Shown here: in pieces, positions 44,459 to 54,693 of the stretch
Numbering within the stretch: the stretch's first letter is position 1
Layout: every line of letters begins with the position of its first letter
Origin: Alphaproteobacteria bacterium
GTDB taxonomy: Bacteria > Pseudomonadota > Alphaproteobacteria > CAAHEQ01 > UBA3637
Direction of reading: 5' to 3'
Length of the DNA: 64,000 nucleotides
Assembly (NCBI GenBank): GCA_045613285.1
Contig: JAZLAQ010000026.1
Span: forward strand, 10,556 to 74,555
Notes under the pieces: model-generated
Database searches by the model: none
The model's input: only the letters and a program-made list of their open reading frames with translations
What the model was told of the DNA's origin: nothing
Translations under genes and position numbers: made by a program

Positions 44459-45102
44459 TGGATTTTGTTCAACTGCCTTTGGCACTTTCTTACCGAAAAG
44501 CCTTTGGTCGTTCGGACTTTATCGTTGCTCCTTGTAATCGGGAGGCTGTTTCTTGGATAGATAGATGGCCCTCTTGGCCGTTTCCTGCTGTATTAATTTA
44601 TGGAGAAAAAGGTTCTGGAAAATCTCATCTAGCTGGTATTTTTTCGGAATATCGGATAGAAGCTTCGGAATTGACGGATGATTTTTTTCCTTATTTTCAA
44701 AAAAAAATCGTTGTGGAAAATTTGGAAAATCTGAACAGTGAAATAGCTTTATTTCATTTGTTTAATTTTGTTCGGGATTTGGGTGGTTCGTTGCTGATGA
44801 CGGCTAATCAGGTTCCAGATTTTCGTTTGCCTGATTTACGTTCGCGAATGATGGCAGTGCCAAAGGCTGCTATTGTTTTGCCGGATGAAAAATTTGTGGC
44901 AGAAGTTTTAAAGCGTGCTTTTCAAGAAAGACATATATTGGTAGACGAATCTGTCTTATCTTATGCTGTTACGCATATGGCACGTTCTTTTAAAATGATA
45001 CAGGACGTTATTCAAACAGCAGATGAACTTTCTTTGTCGGAAGGGCGAAAAATAACTATACCGGTTATTAAGGAAACATTAAAAAGGATAGGGGGATATT
45101 AA
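44455..45102 (+). CDS. hdaA: DnaA regulatory inactivator HdaA/Hda-like AAA+ protein
   Basis: 215 aa. Walker A YGEKGSGKSHL. It has DnaA-domain-III-like architecture without a DNA-binding domain. Confidence 0.7.
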   Translation: MMDFVQLPLALSYRKAFGRSDFIVAPCNREAVSWIDRWPSWPFPAVLIYGEKGSGKSHLAGIFSEYRIEASELTDDFFPYFQKKIVVENLENLNSEIALFHLFNFVRDLGGSLLMTANQVPDFRLPDLRSRMMAVPKAAIVLPDEKFVAEVLKRAFQERHILVDESVLSYAVTHMARSFKMIQDVIQTADELSLSEGRKITIPVIKETLKRIGGY

Positions 45103-47298
45103 ATGAAATTTATGGTTGTGCTCAAATCATTTTTTTGGTTGGGGTTAGGTGTGTTTTTAGCTGTTTCCTGTTGGTCTTATAATATTTCTGATTCTTCTTG
45201 GAATACGGCAGGTATTCAGAACAAAAATATTTTTGGGAGCGTTGGTTCTATAACAGCTGATTTGATGTGGCAGTTTTTAGGCTGGATGACAGTCTTGGTT
45301 ATTTTTTCTTGCTTCTTATGGTCTTTTCACAGTATTAAAAACAAAGTTATTCGATATAAAAAAACGGTTTTGGTTTTAGCGATTTTATTGGGAAGTTGGC
45401 TGTCAGTTTCGTTCCCTGTTGACGGTACGCGTTACTTTCCTGTCGGAAAAGGTGGTTATATCGGTTTGTTCTTGGGTAGTTGGGGTGTTTTTTCTCAAGG
45501 TTGGATACGATTTATATTGTGGTTAATTTGGTGTGTATTGATTATTTATGTGTTGGCTTTACCCGTTCGGTGGAGTGGTAGGGTTGCCTTTAAAATGATT
45601 CGTTTGTCGTTTAAAGGAATGAAATTTTTATTGTCGGAAATGTTGAAAGTATTCCCCTTTATGCGACGGATGAAACCCGTTATTCAAAAGGCTGAGCAAG
45701 TTGTTGAACCACTGAAAAAAATAAGAATTAAAAAAGAAAAAAAAGAGGTCAAAACTTCGGTTAAAAAAGTCCCTGAACCGACGCAAGTTAATCGATTCCA
45801 ATTACCTAGTGAAGATTTATTGGCACCAGCAAAAACAATGGGGGCTACGATATCTCGAGAGGCAATCGCAACAAATTCTCGGGCATTGGAAGTTGTTTTG
45901 TCACAATTTGGTATTAGCGGTAAGATTGTCGGGGCTCAACCCGGTCCGGTTGTAACCTTATATGAATTTGAACCGGCATCAGGTATCAAAACGGCCCGTG
46001 TTATTGCTTTATCTGATGATATTGCCCGTGAAATGAAGGCTTTGTCAGTTCGTATTTCTGTTATTCCAGGCTCTAATGTTATAGGGATTGAAATGCCAAA
46101 TTCAAAGCGGGATACGGTTTATATTCGTGAGTTAGTCGAATCGGATAAGTTTAAAGCCCATACCGGTGCTTTGCCTTTGATATTGGGTAAAGATATCGGT
46201 GGTGGGGTTACATATGCTGATTTGTCCAAGATGCCACACTTGTTAGTAGCTGGGACAACAGGTTCCGGTAAATCTGTAGCTATCAATACGATGATTTTAT
46301 CATTACTTTATCGGTTTACACCGGCAGAATGTCGGTTGATTTTGGTTGATCCGAAAATGGTTGAATTATCTGTTTACAATAATATTCCACACTTATTGAC
46401 ACCGGTCGTAACAGAAGCTCCAAAAGCCGTTGTGGCTTTGAAATGGGCTGTTCGGGAAATGGAAGATCGTTATCGATCTATGAGTCAATTAGGTGTTCGA
46501 AATATTGATGGCTATAATCAAAAGTTATTGCAGGCTGCTCGTAGCGGGCAGGTTTTGAAACGACGTGTTCAAACCGGTTTTGATCCGCAAACGGGAAAAC
46601 CGATTATTGAAGAACAGGTTCTTGATTTAACTCCTATTCCTTATATTGTTATGATTGTGGATGAAATGTCGGATTTAATGGGGCAATGTGGTAAAGAAGC
46701 TGAACCTCCGATTTTGCGATTGGCACAAATGGCACGTGCTGTTGGTATTCACTTGATATTGGCAACGCAACGACCCAGTGTTGATGTTATTACAGGTTTG
46801 ATTAAAGCAAACTTCCCGACAAGAATATCCTTCCAAGTAACTAATAAGATAGACAGTCGGACAATTTTAGATGAACAAGGAGCTGAACGTTTATTAGGAC
46901 GGGGGGATATGCTTTATCGTCCCGCAGGTTCAAATCCGATACGATTGCATGGGCCTTTTGTCAGTGATGAGGAAGTGGAAAAAGTGGTTAATTTCTGGCG
47001 TAATCAAGGGGAACCCGAATATGTGGATGCCGTTATTACCGACATCGATTCTGGTGGTGGTTTGTCTGCTCCATCCGGTCAAGGTGATGTCGGTGGTGAA
47101 AGTGGTGATTTATACGATAAAGCCGTGGCCATAATTTTGAGGGATAAAAAAGTGTCCACCAGTTATGTTCAACGTCAGTTACGTATCGGATATAATAGGG
47201 CGGCCGATCTGATTGATAGAATGGAAAGCGAAGGGATTATTTCTAAACCTAATATTGCCGGTAAGCGTGAAATTTTAGTCCCGACTGATAATGCTTAG
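45103..47298 (+). CDS. ftsK: DNA translocase FtsK
   Basis: N-terminal TMs followed by a linker. The motor domain has Walker A GTTGSGKS and the C-terminal gamma winged helix (YDKAVAIILRDKKVSTSYVQRQLRIGYNRAADLIDRME). Confidence 0.9.
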   Translation: MKFMVVLKSFFWLGLGVFLAVSCWSYNISDSSWNTAGIQNKNIFGSVGSITADLMWQFLGWMTVLVIFSCFLWSFHSIKNKVIRYKKTVLVLAILLGSWLSVSFPVDGTRYFPVGKGGYIGLFLGSWGVFSQGWIRFILWLIWCVLIIYVLALPVRWSGRVAFKMIRLSFKGMKFLLSEMLKVFPFMRRMKPVIQKAEQVVEPLKKIRIKKEKKEVKTSVKKVPEPTQVNRFQLPSEDLLAPAKTMGATISREAIATNSRALEVVLSQFGISGKIVGAQPGPVVTLYEFEPASGIKTARVIALSDDIAREMKALSVRISVIPGSNVIGIEMPNSKRDTVYIRELVESDKFKAHTGALPLILGKDIGGGVTYADLSKMPHLLVAGTTGSGKSVAINTMILSLLYRFTPAECRLILVDPKMVELSVYNNIPHLLTPVVTEAPKAVVALKWAVREMEDRYRSMSQLGVRNIDGYNQKLLQAARSGQVLKRRVQTGFDPQTGKPIIEEQVLDLTPIPYIVMIVDEMSDLMGQCGKEAEPPILRLAQMARAVGIHLILATQRPSVDVITGLIKANFPTRISFQVTNKIDSRTILDEQGAERLLGRGDMLYRPAGSNPIRLHGPFVSDEEVEKVVNFWRNQGEPEYVDAVITDIDSGGGLSAPSGQGDVGGESGDLYDKAVAIILRDKKVSTSYVQRQLRIGYNRAADLIDRMESEGIISKPNIAGKREILVPTDNA

Positions 47299-47337
47299 CT
47301 AAACAGGAAAATACTTTTATACAGAAGAGGAATTGAA

Positions 47338-47955
47338 ATGAAAAAAATTATTTTATTTATTGGGTTGATTTTATCTTTTTCAGCTGAAGCTGTTTTAGAA
47401 ACATCTGTGGATACGCCATATAACAGAAATATTTTGGAAAAAGTTGAAAAGTCGTATAACCAAATGAAAACAATAACGGCACAATTTGCACAATTTAATT
47501 CGAAGACGGAAGATGATTTACAAACAGGTGTTTTATATTTAAAACGCCCAGGTCAGTTGCGATTGGTCTATGAAAAGGGATCCCCTTTAGAGTTTTATGC
47601 AACGGATGGATTTTTAATTTATCATGACAAAGAATCCAAAGAAGTCAGCTATTTTGAATTATCGCAGACCCCTGTTGAACTTATCTTAAAAAAAGAATTA
47701 AAATTTGATGATCCGGCTTTTGTTGTAACTGATGTTCAAGATGTTTTGGATGAATACTATGTAACCGCCCATAAAAAAGATGCTAAAGAATTGGGGAGTC
47801 TGACTTTGGTTATTGATAAAGAAACATTACAATTAAAACAATGGGAAATATTAGATATGCAAGGAATAAAATCAACAGTTTCATTATTTGATATTGAAAT
47901 CAATAAACCTGTTGACAATTCGCTTTTTATTTTTTACAATCCTTATCAGGAATAG
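47338..47955 (+). CDS. lolA: Outer-membrane lipoprotein carrier protein LolA
   Basis: Signal peptide and the LolA fold signature (FAQFNSKTEDDLQTGVLYLKRPGQLRLVYEKGSPLEFYATDG). ftsK-lolA synteny. Confidence 0.8.
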   Translation: MKKIILFIGLILSFSAEAVLETSVDTPYNRNILEKVEKSYNQMKTITAQFAQFNSKTEDDLQTGVLYLKRPGQLRLVYEKGSPLEFYATDGFLIYHDKESKEVSYFELSQTPVELILKKELKFDDPAFVVTDVQDVLDEYYVTAHKKDAKELGSLTLVIDKETLQLKQWEILDMQGIKSTVSLFDIEINKPVDNSLFIFYNPYQE

Positions 47956-47965
47956 GAGGTTTATG

Positions 47966-48637
47966 ATGAAAAAAACAGTTTTTTTGATTTTGGCTATGTT
48001 GTTATTACAATCAAGTGCTTATGCACAGAAAACGGCTAAAAAAGCAGTGGCCAATACCCCAAGTGTTTGTATCTATACACCTATGCAAAAATTGATCCGT
48101 GATGCCAGAAATGCTGATCAGATTTTTGAATTGATAAAAGGTGAATATCAACTTCAAGATGATACAATCACATGTGGTGGTTCTCTAGTACAATTGGCTG
48201 TTCGACGGGGGATCCCTCAAATTTTATATGCAATCGGTGTTCAGGATAATGAACGTTTGAATCAGGATGTTTCTTTGAAAGGTTTTTCTATTCCTGGGGC
48301 TCCGGATGAAATTCCGGCTATTTTATTTGCCGCTTATTATGCCCCATCCGCAGAAATTTTTAAAGTATTTATGGATTTAAAGGCCGATATGACAAAACGG
48401 GATTCTTTGGGGCATGATATTTTGTGGTATCTGGATAAAAACCCGGTTTTACGGCAGACGGAATTGGAAGATAAAATCCGTTTCATGTTGCCGACTTTAT
48501 CTTTCGAAAAACTGCAAGAAAGAATACAAGTGGCTAAACCTGTTCCAGTACAGAAGTTGGATGATAAATTGGGGGCTGATACGGAAACAGGTGTCGATTT
48601 TGAACAGCAGATACAGGATAGTACCCTTAGTCTTTAA
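47966..48637 (+). CDS. Secreted hypothetical protein (possible ankyrin-like repeat)
   Basis: RBS GGAGG and signal peptide MKKTVFLILAMLLLQSSAYA. The segment GGSLVQLAVRRGIPQILYAIG resembles one ANK repeat. Otherwise unassigned. Confidence 0.4.
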   Translation: MKKTVFLILAMLLLQSSAYAQKTAKKAVANTPSVCIYTPMQKLIRDARNADQIFELIKGEYQLQDDTITCGGSLVQLAVRRGIPQILYAIGVQDNERLNQDVSLKGFSIPGAPDEIPAILFAAYYAPSAEIFKVFMDLKADMTKRDSLGHDILWYLDKNPVLRQTELEDKIRFMLPTLSFEKLQERIQVAKPVPVQKLDDKLGADTETGVDFEQQIQDSTLSL

Positions 48638-49196
48638 TTAGACGGTAACCGGTTGGTGTACTTTCAATCAGAAAATTTGAATGGTCTCCGACCTTTTGTC
48701 GTAGTGTGTATATGTGGCTTTCTACTGTATGTGTTTCTAAATCCGGTTTATAATTCCAAACAATGGTTAGTAAATCTTCCTTGGATACGGCGTTGGGAAA
48801 AGAATCAGCCAACGTTTTTAGTAATTGATTTTCTTTTTCAGTTAGTGCAATATTATTCTGGTTTTTTTTTACGGTTAAAAGTCTTTTGTTTTCCTGAAAA
48901 ATAAAATAAGTGTTTTCAAAGGTAATTGTTTTTTCTGCCGTTATTAAAAATGGTCGTATTTCTTGTATCAGTTTTTGCGGATGAACGGGAATTTGAATAA
49001 CTTTGCAAGATAATGGAAATTTAATGCCTAATGATATAACTGGAATTTTTACGTCTTTCCATGAATCTGGTAAGGGTTCTGTTGTTAGAATGAGCCGATA
49101 ATTTTGTTTTTCGGAAAAATCTTCTGCCTTAAATTCGGATAAAATGCCAATAAGAGTGTTTTTTAAAATATTATTTTGTGTGATTATGCCAATCAT
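48627..49196 (-). CDS. Orphan OmpR/PhoB-type winged-helix transcriptional regulator with degenerate receiver-like N-terminus
   Basis: C-terminal trans_reg_C-like region (LLTIVWNYKPDLETHTVESHIYTLRQKVGD...GYRLI). The N-terminal 90 aa lack the conserved Asp pair of a phospho-receiver. Confidence 0.55.
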   Translation of the reverse strand: MIGIITQNNILKNTLIGILSEFKAEDFSEKQNYRLILTTEPLPDSWKDVKIPVISLGIKFPLSCKVIQIPVHPQKLIQEIRPFLITAEKTITFENTYFIFQENKRLLTVKKNQNNIALTEKENQLLKTLADSFPNAVSKEDLLTIVWNYKPDLETHTVESHIYTLRQKVGDHSNFLIESTPTGYRLIKD

Positions 49197-49261
49197 TTGT
49201 TGCCTTTTTTTAAAAGTTGTTTTACAATATCTGTTAGTTAAAAAATTATAAAGGATATTTT

Positions 49262-50530
49262 ATGAAGTTATTTATTATCTTATACCGCATTTTAATGCTT
49301 TTGGCAATGCCTTTTATTTATATTTGGTTATTTATTCGGAAGAAAAAAGGAAAAGAAGATAAAAAAAGGTTTAATGAGCGGCTGGGAAAAAATTTGCCTC
49401 CTCGCCCATCGGGAAAATTGATTTGGATGCATGGGGCTAGTGTTGGGGAATGCTTGTCTATGCAACCGCTGATTAAGCAGATATTATCAAAAAATAAAGA
49501 TGTTCATATTATGGTTACATCCGGAACGGTAACTTCTGCCGAATTGATGGCTAAGCGTTTACCTGAAAGAGCTTTTCATGTTTATATACCGGTTGATTTT
49601 TCACGTTTTGCCAAGCGTTTTGTTTCTCATTTTAAGCCTGATGCCGTTTTATGGTTTGAATCAGAATTTTGGCCAAATATTTTGTTTGAAATTAATCAGG
49701 CCGGTCATCCTTTGGTTCTGTTGAATGGTCGTATTTCGGATAACTCATTCAGAAGGTGGAAAAAATTTACATGGGTTATTCGTTTTATTCTGGGGCAATT
49801 TACACTGGTTTTCGGGCAGACAAAGGAAGATGCCAGAAGATTACAGATATTAGGGGCAAAAGAAGCTGTCTGTGTCGGTAATTTAAAATGTGCGGCTCCA
49901 CCAGCACCGTTTGATGATGATGATTTAAAGGATTTACTGCGCCAAATAGGAAAACGTCCTTGTTGGATAGGGGGTAGTACACATCCGGATGAAGAATCTC
50001 AAATGGCAGATATTCATTTAAAAGTAATGGAAAAATTCCCTGATTTATTGACGATATCTGCCCCCCGCCATCCGAATCGGCGGACGGAAATCTGTCAGGC
50101 ATTCCAAAAACGGGGATTGTCTGTTGCCGTTCGGACGCAAAATGAAAAGATAACACCAGAAACACAGGTATATCTGGCTGATACGTTAGGGGAGATGGGA
50201 TTAATTTATCGGTTGGCACCAATTGTTTTTGTGGGCGGTTCTTTAATTAAGTTTGGCGGCCAAAATATGTTAGAGCCTATGCGATTGGGACGAAGTGTTT
50301 TGATTGGTCCGCATGCCTTTAATTTTCGGGAAATTGTAGCAACAGGAAAAGAAAAACAGGCTCTGATTGAAGTGGTAGACAAAAATGAAATGGCAGAAAA
50401 AATACTGTTTTATCTTTCTCATCCCGAAGAAATGGTCGTTTTAGGAGCTCGAGCAGAGGAATTGGCTTGCTCTGAAATGGCGGTTTTAGAGCGAGTCTAT
50501 GATGCCTTGTCAGAAAGGAGTTTTGTATGA
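49262..50530 (+). CDS. waaA: 3-deoxy-D-manno-octulosonic acid (Kdo) transferase
   Basis: N-terminal TM, then LIWMHGASVGE and a GT30-like C-terminal domain; 422 aa. Confidence 0.85.
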   Translation: MKLFIILYRILMLLAMPFIYIWLFIRKKKGKEDKKRFNERLGKNLPPRPSGKLIWMHGASVGECLSMQPLIKQILSKNKDVHIMVTSGTVTSAELMAKRLPERAFHVYIPVDFSRFAKRFVSHFKPDAVLWFESEFWPNILFEINQAGHPLVLLNGRISDNSFRRWKKFTWVIRFILGQFTLVFGQTKEDARRLQILGAKEAVCVGNLKCAAPPAPFDDDDLKDLLRQIGKRPCWIGGSTHPDEESQMADIHLKVMEKFPDLLTISAPRHPNRRTEICQAFQKRGLSVAVRTQNEKITPETQVYLADTLGEMGLIYRLAPIVFVGGSLIKFGGQNMLEPMRLGRSVLIGPHAFNFREIVATGKEKQALIEVVDKNEMAEKILFYLSHPEEMVVLGARAEELACSEMAVLERVYDALSERSFV

Positions 50531-51498
50531 AAACACCTGATTTTTGGTATAAGAAAAAGTCTTTTTTAAGTCGCCTGTTAAAACCAATTGGTAAAATTTA
50601 TGGTTGGACAGTAGCCCGCAGATTTAAAAAAACAAAGCCATATCAAACAGACATTCCTGTTATCTGTGTTGGAAATTTATCTGTTGGTGGTACAGGGAAA
50701 ACACCTGTTTGTCTAGCGTTAGGTAAGATTTTACAGGAAAAAGGAATCCGTTTCTTTTTTCTAAATCATGGATATAAGGCTCAAAAAAAAGGAGTTATTG
50801 TCGATACGCATCAAATGACATCTGTGGATGTTGGCGATGAAGCATTATTGATGGCAGAAAATGCACCGACGGTTGTGGATAATCATCGGGCAAGGGGGGC
50901 ACAGATTGCCTTACGACACAAGGCTGAAGCCATTATTATGGATGATGGTTTCCAAAATCCCAGTTTAATTAAAACACTTTCTTTTGTTGTTGTGGATGGT
51001 AAAACAGGTTTTGGTAATGGTGAAATGATACCGGCCGGACCATTACGGGAGCCTGTAGAAAAAGGGTTGTTGCGGGCAGATGCTGTTATTATTGTCGGGG
51101 AAGATAAAACGAATATTTATCAGGATATTCAAAAAATAGATAATGAATTACCTATCTTTATGGGACATTTTGAACCGGATAAGCGAACAATATCATCTTT
51201 GGTTGGAAAAAATATTATTGCCTTTGCCGGTATCGGGCAACCGAATAAGTTTTTTGATATGCTGACCGAAAAAGGGATAAATATTGTTAAGAAAGTTTCT
51301 TTCCCGGATCATTATTCATACACTCGTTTTGATATTGAACAGTTGATGAATGATGCAGGGGGATTACCTCTTGTTACGACAACAAAAGATTTTGTTAAAG
51401 TTCCGGTGGATATGCGTTCGGGGGTTCGAGTTATATCTGGTGAATTTATCTTTGATAAACCGGAAGAAATTGAAAATTTAATACAGGGGATTTTATAA
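50527..51498 (+). CDS. lpxK: Tetraacyldisaccharide 4'-kinase
   Basis: P-loop VGNLSVGGTGKTP near the N-terminus; 323 aa. It overlaps waaA by 4 bp. Confidence 0.85.
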   Translation: MKTPDFWYKKKSFLSRLLKPIGKIYGWTVARRFKKTKPYQTDIPVICVGNLSVGGTGKTPVCLALGKILQEKGIRFFFLNHGYKAQKKGVIVDTHQMTSVDVGDEALLMAENAPTVVDNHRARGAQIALRHKAEAIIMDDGFQNPSLIKTLSFVVVDGKTGFGNGEMIPAGPLREPVEKGLLRADAVIIVGEDKTNIYQDIQKIDNELPIFMGHFEPDKRTISSLVGKNIIAFAGIGQPNKFFDMLTEKGINIVKKVSFPDHYSYTRFDIEQLMNDAGGLPLVTTTKDFVKVPVDMRSGVRVISGEFIFDKPEEIENLIQGIL

Positions 51499-51500
51499 AT

Positions 51501-52409
51501 ATGGTACACCATGATGATACAATTCGCCAGTCTGAAAGAACTTTTTTTCAACGTTTTTTTACAGATCCTTTGACGGCTTTTTTTGCTTATCTTTTTTGGC
51601 TTATTTTTAAAATATTACCGGTTAGGGTTGCTTCATTGATTGGTGCCTGTTTAGGGCGTTTTGTCGGTTTTTTGGCTGTTCGTCGGAATCATATCGCGTT
51701 AATCAATTTAAAGGTGGCTTTTCCGGATAAAACAGATGCAGAGCGTACTGAAATTTTAAAAAAGATGTGGAAACATTGGGGACGATTTTATGCGGAAATG
51801 CCTCATTCTAAACAATTATATAAACAGGCAACTGTAGTCGGTTTAGATAACCTAAAAAAGGCATCTGCTACTGGTAAAGGTGGCTTTGTGTGTTCTGCTC
51901 ATTTGGGCAATTGGGAGTTAGCCGTATCACAACCTTTATTTGATGATTTTTACCTCAATCCGGTATATCGGCGCGCAAATAATCCTTGGCTGGATAAGTT
52001 GATGTTCCAAAGGCGAAAGGGAGTCCTTATTCCTAAAGGACAAGCAGGTGCCAGAAAAATATTGGAAGTTTTGCGAAATAAGGGATTTATTGTTATGTTA
52101 TGTGACCAAAAATTACGGGAAGGTTTATCTGTTCCGTTTTTTGGGAAGCCTGCAATGACGCCATCGGCTATTGCAAATTTAGCTCTTAAATTTAAAGTGC
52201 CTATTATTATGGCACGTTCCGTTCGACAACCAGATGGACATTTTTTAGTGGAAGTATCTAAACCATTGTCATTACCGACAGAAAAAGATAATGAAGTAGC
52301 AGTTTACCAGATAATGCTGACAATCAATCAAATTTATGAAAAATGGATACGAGAAAATCCTGAACAGTGGTTGTGGATACATCGTCGATTTGACAAGTCA
52401 GATTATTGA
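51501..52409 (+). CDS. lpxL: Lipid A biosynthesis lauroyl/myristoyl acyltransferase (LpxL/HtrB family)
   Basis: 302 aa with an N-terminal TM and the HX4D-like motif (SAHLGNWEL). It lies in a waaA-lpxK-lpxL cluster. Confidence 0.75.
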   Translation: MVHHDDTIRQSERTFFQRFFTDPLTAFFAYLFWLIFKILPVRVASLIGACLGRFVGFLAVRRNHIALINLKVAFPDKTDAERTEILKKMWKHWGRFYAEMPHSKQLYKQATVVGLDNLKKASATGKGGFVCSAHLGNWELAVSQPLFDDFYLNPVYRRANNPWLDKLMFQRRKGVLIPKGQAGARKILEVLRNKGFIVMLCDQKLREGLSVPFFGKPAMTPSAIANLALKFKVPIIMARSVRQPDGHFLVEVSKPLSLPTEKDNEVAVYQIMLTINQIYEKWIRENPEQWLWIHRRFDKSDY

Positions 52410-52412
52410 AGT

Positions 52413-54590
52413 TTAACTGCGTTTATGTTCAGTTAATTCTTGCTTCAATTGTTTTGTCAGCTTTTTAATATAGCTGGCATGTTCCATCCGATAAGCAGAA
52501 TCACGTTCACAACCAGGGAAAATATAAAGAGTTTCTCCATGCGTAATATAAGGGACACGCCATGCTTTTTGGTGGAAGGTTGTTTTGAATGCTGGTGCAG
52601 AATAATGGTGTTCTTTCATTTCCCGATGTTGTTTTTCTTGTATTTCAGGTGAGTATGGATCAGGGAAAGTTTGAATTTCTTGTTTTAATACGGATAAATA
52701 ATTTTCATCTTTCCAGTAAGGATCATGACCACGATATTTTACAGTCCATTCTTTTTTAGCAACAACAGTGGCAGTTTCTTTTTTAATTTCTGTTTTTTCT
52801 TGTGGTGTAACAGGTGTTTTCTTTTCCTCAGAAGATTGTTTAACGTATTCGGCAAAAATTCCCTGTTTTTTTAAGATTTGTTCAATCTGTGGTATTTTAG
52901 CTGTTAGGTATTTTAAAAATTTTAAATCACCGTTGACATACTCCAAGGGGGTTTTCCCGTCATTATCTTTTATTTGACAGCAGCTTAAAAACGCTTCTGT
53001 CAGAAATTTTAAATCTTTACGAAATAAGGATTTTTCTTTATTTTTACAAACATAATGCCATAATGTTTTACCACAGTCATCTTGTTGATTTGATAGTAAA
53101 AGACCTGTTTTTTTATTTATTAAACAAGGGGGATTTTGTGTATTAAGAACATCTTTTCCGTAAAAGAAAGATAAAATTGAAATAAAATCATTATTCTGGG
53201 CAAATTGATTTAATACTTTATTTTTTCGGATAAAGTATGATCTAAAAGAAGGTGATTCAATAAAAGATTTGACAGAATGATATAATGTGTCATCATTTCC
53301 TTTTCTTTGGAATGAATTGATAAAAGCATACGCTTGTTGTGGTTGATCGGAAAAATATCCTTTTAAATCTGAAAAGCAAGGGATTTCTGATGAAAAAAGC
53401 ATATCTTTTTTTGCAAACAGGAAATTATTTTTTTTCTGCAAAATAGCCTGTTTAATAATTTGAGATAAATCATCATTGTTTAATAATCCTTTGCGGTATA
53501 ATCCCCAAACAACACTATTTTGATTACTGTCTTTTAAATCAAAGAGTTTATTCCAATCATGCGATAATAAAGTTAGTTGAATGATAGATTTATATTCTTC
53601 ATCGGAAAATTTTAAAGCCTTCAGCCTACCCCAGAAAAGAGGATATATGTGCTTTAAAAAGGATGCCAGTTCTTTTTTTAAAATAGGAGATCTCGCTTGT
53701 GTCAGTAAAGCTTTGATCTTTTGCATATCGTATATTTCTTCGTTGTTTTTAAGTCCTTCATTCAGAACACTATTGATAAATAGTACCAGGACATTAGATA
53801 TATCAGCTTGTTTTTTAGCAGGTAATTTTTCAATAACACGAATAAAAGCAATCAGATTTTGCTCTGAATTATTTTTATGCATGGCATTGGACCCCATTGC
53901 TAAAAGCATATTATGGTTTAGATCATTAACAGGAATTGTTGAACGTAAGGTAGAAGCAAATAAATTGTTGTGTAAAATAAAGTCATAGCCTATGGGTGTT
54001 TTTATGGATTTATCCTGCTCGGATAAAATAGAAGTCTGTATTAAAAAATCATTTCTTTTTTCTAACCAACAGTTAAATATGGAAATGTCACGCTTAAAAA
54101 CATCCATTGCATATTGCGTTAATAATGGACTTCCTTTAGCAAAACAGTTATCGAAAAAAGGGGTGTTAAATAACATCTTTTTGGCTAACGTATCATTACC
54201 ATAGCCTTGTAAAAAGGATAATAGAGTTTTTTCATCCTTATTGTCAATTTGTTGAAGTTGTGGATTACAAACACGGTTAACAGCTGGGAATAATTGTTGT
54301 CTGTATTGCCGAAGAGTCTTAAAAAACTTGATAATATCTTGTTCAGTATTTGTTTTTTTAGGAGGATGTTTTTTATCTAGAATAATTTTTAATAAATCAA
54401 AAAACAATTTCTGGGTTTTAGAATCAATATGTTCAATCATATCAATGACTGAATCATCCATTTCATTCATAAATTTATTCCATTCTCTTTGCCAATTTAT
54501 TTCAAATTGAATGGTTGAACTTAAATCATTTTTCTTAAATAAATTATTCTGTTTAGGTGTTAAACTAAACCATGAATTAAACATATACAA
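52413..54590 (-). CDS. Large hypothetical protein (725 aa, Lys/Asn/Phe-rich, no signal peptide)
   Basis: Long ORF with very AT-rich codon usage. No recognisable catalytic motifs. It lies between the lipid A genes and clpB. Confidence 0.5.
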   Translation of the reverse strand: MYMFNSWFSLTPKQNNLFKKNDLSSTIQFEINWQREWNKFMNEMDDSVIDMIEHIDSKTQKLFFDLLKIILDKKHPPKKTNTEQDIIKFFKTLRQYRQQLFPAVNRVCNPQLQQIDNKDEKTLLSFLQGYGNDTLAKKMLFNTPFFDNCFAKGSPLLTQYAMDVFKRDISIFNCWLEKRNDFLIQTSILSEQDKSIKTPIGYDFILHNNLFASTLRSTIPVNDLNHNMLLAMGSNAMHKNNSEQNLIAFIRVIEKLPAKKQADISNVLVLFINSVLNEGLKNNEEIYDMQKIKALLTQARSPILKKELASFLKHIYPLFWGRLKALKFSDEEYKSIIQLTLLSHDWNKLFDLKDSNQNSVVWGLYRKGLLNNDDLSQIIKQAILQKKNNFLFAKKDMLFSSEIPCFSDLKGYFSDQPQQAYAFINSFQRKGNDDTLYHSVKSFIESPSFRSYFIRKNKVLNQFAQNNDFISILSFFYGKDVLNTQNPPCLINKKTGLLLSNQQDDCGKTLWHYVCKNKEKSLFRKDLKFLTEAFLSCCQIKDNDGKTPLEYVNGDLKFLKYLTAKIPQIEQILKKQGIFAEYVKQSSEEKKTPVTPQEKTEIKKETATVVAKKEWTVKYRGHDPYWKDENYLSVLKQEIQTFPDPYSPEIQEKQHREMKEHHYSAPAFKTTFHQKAWRVPYITHGETLYIFPGCERDSAYRMEHASYIKKLTKQLKQELTEHKRS

Positions 54591-54693
54591 TATTCCTTTC
54601 TATCTTTCCCGATAGGCTAGAGTATATCGTAAAAATGAAATTTTGTCAAGTTTTATTTCATTTCTTTAATTGTTTCAGAATATTATTCGAACA

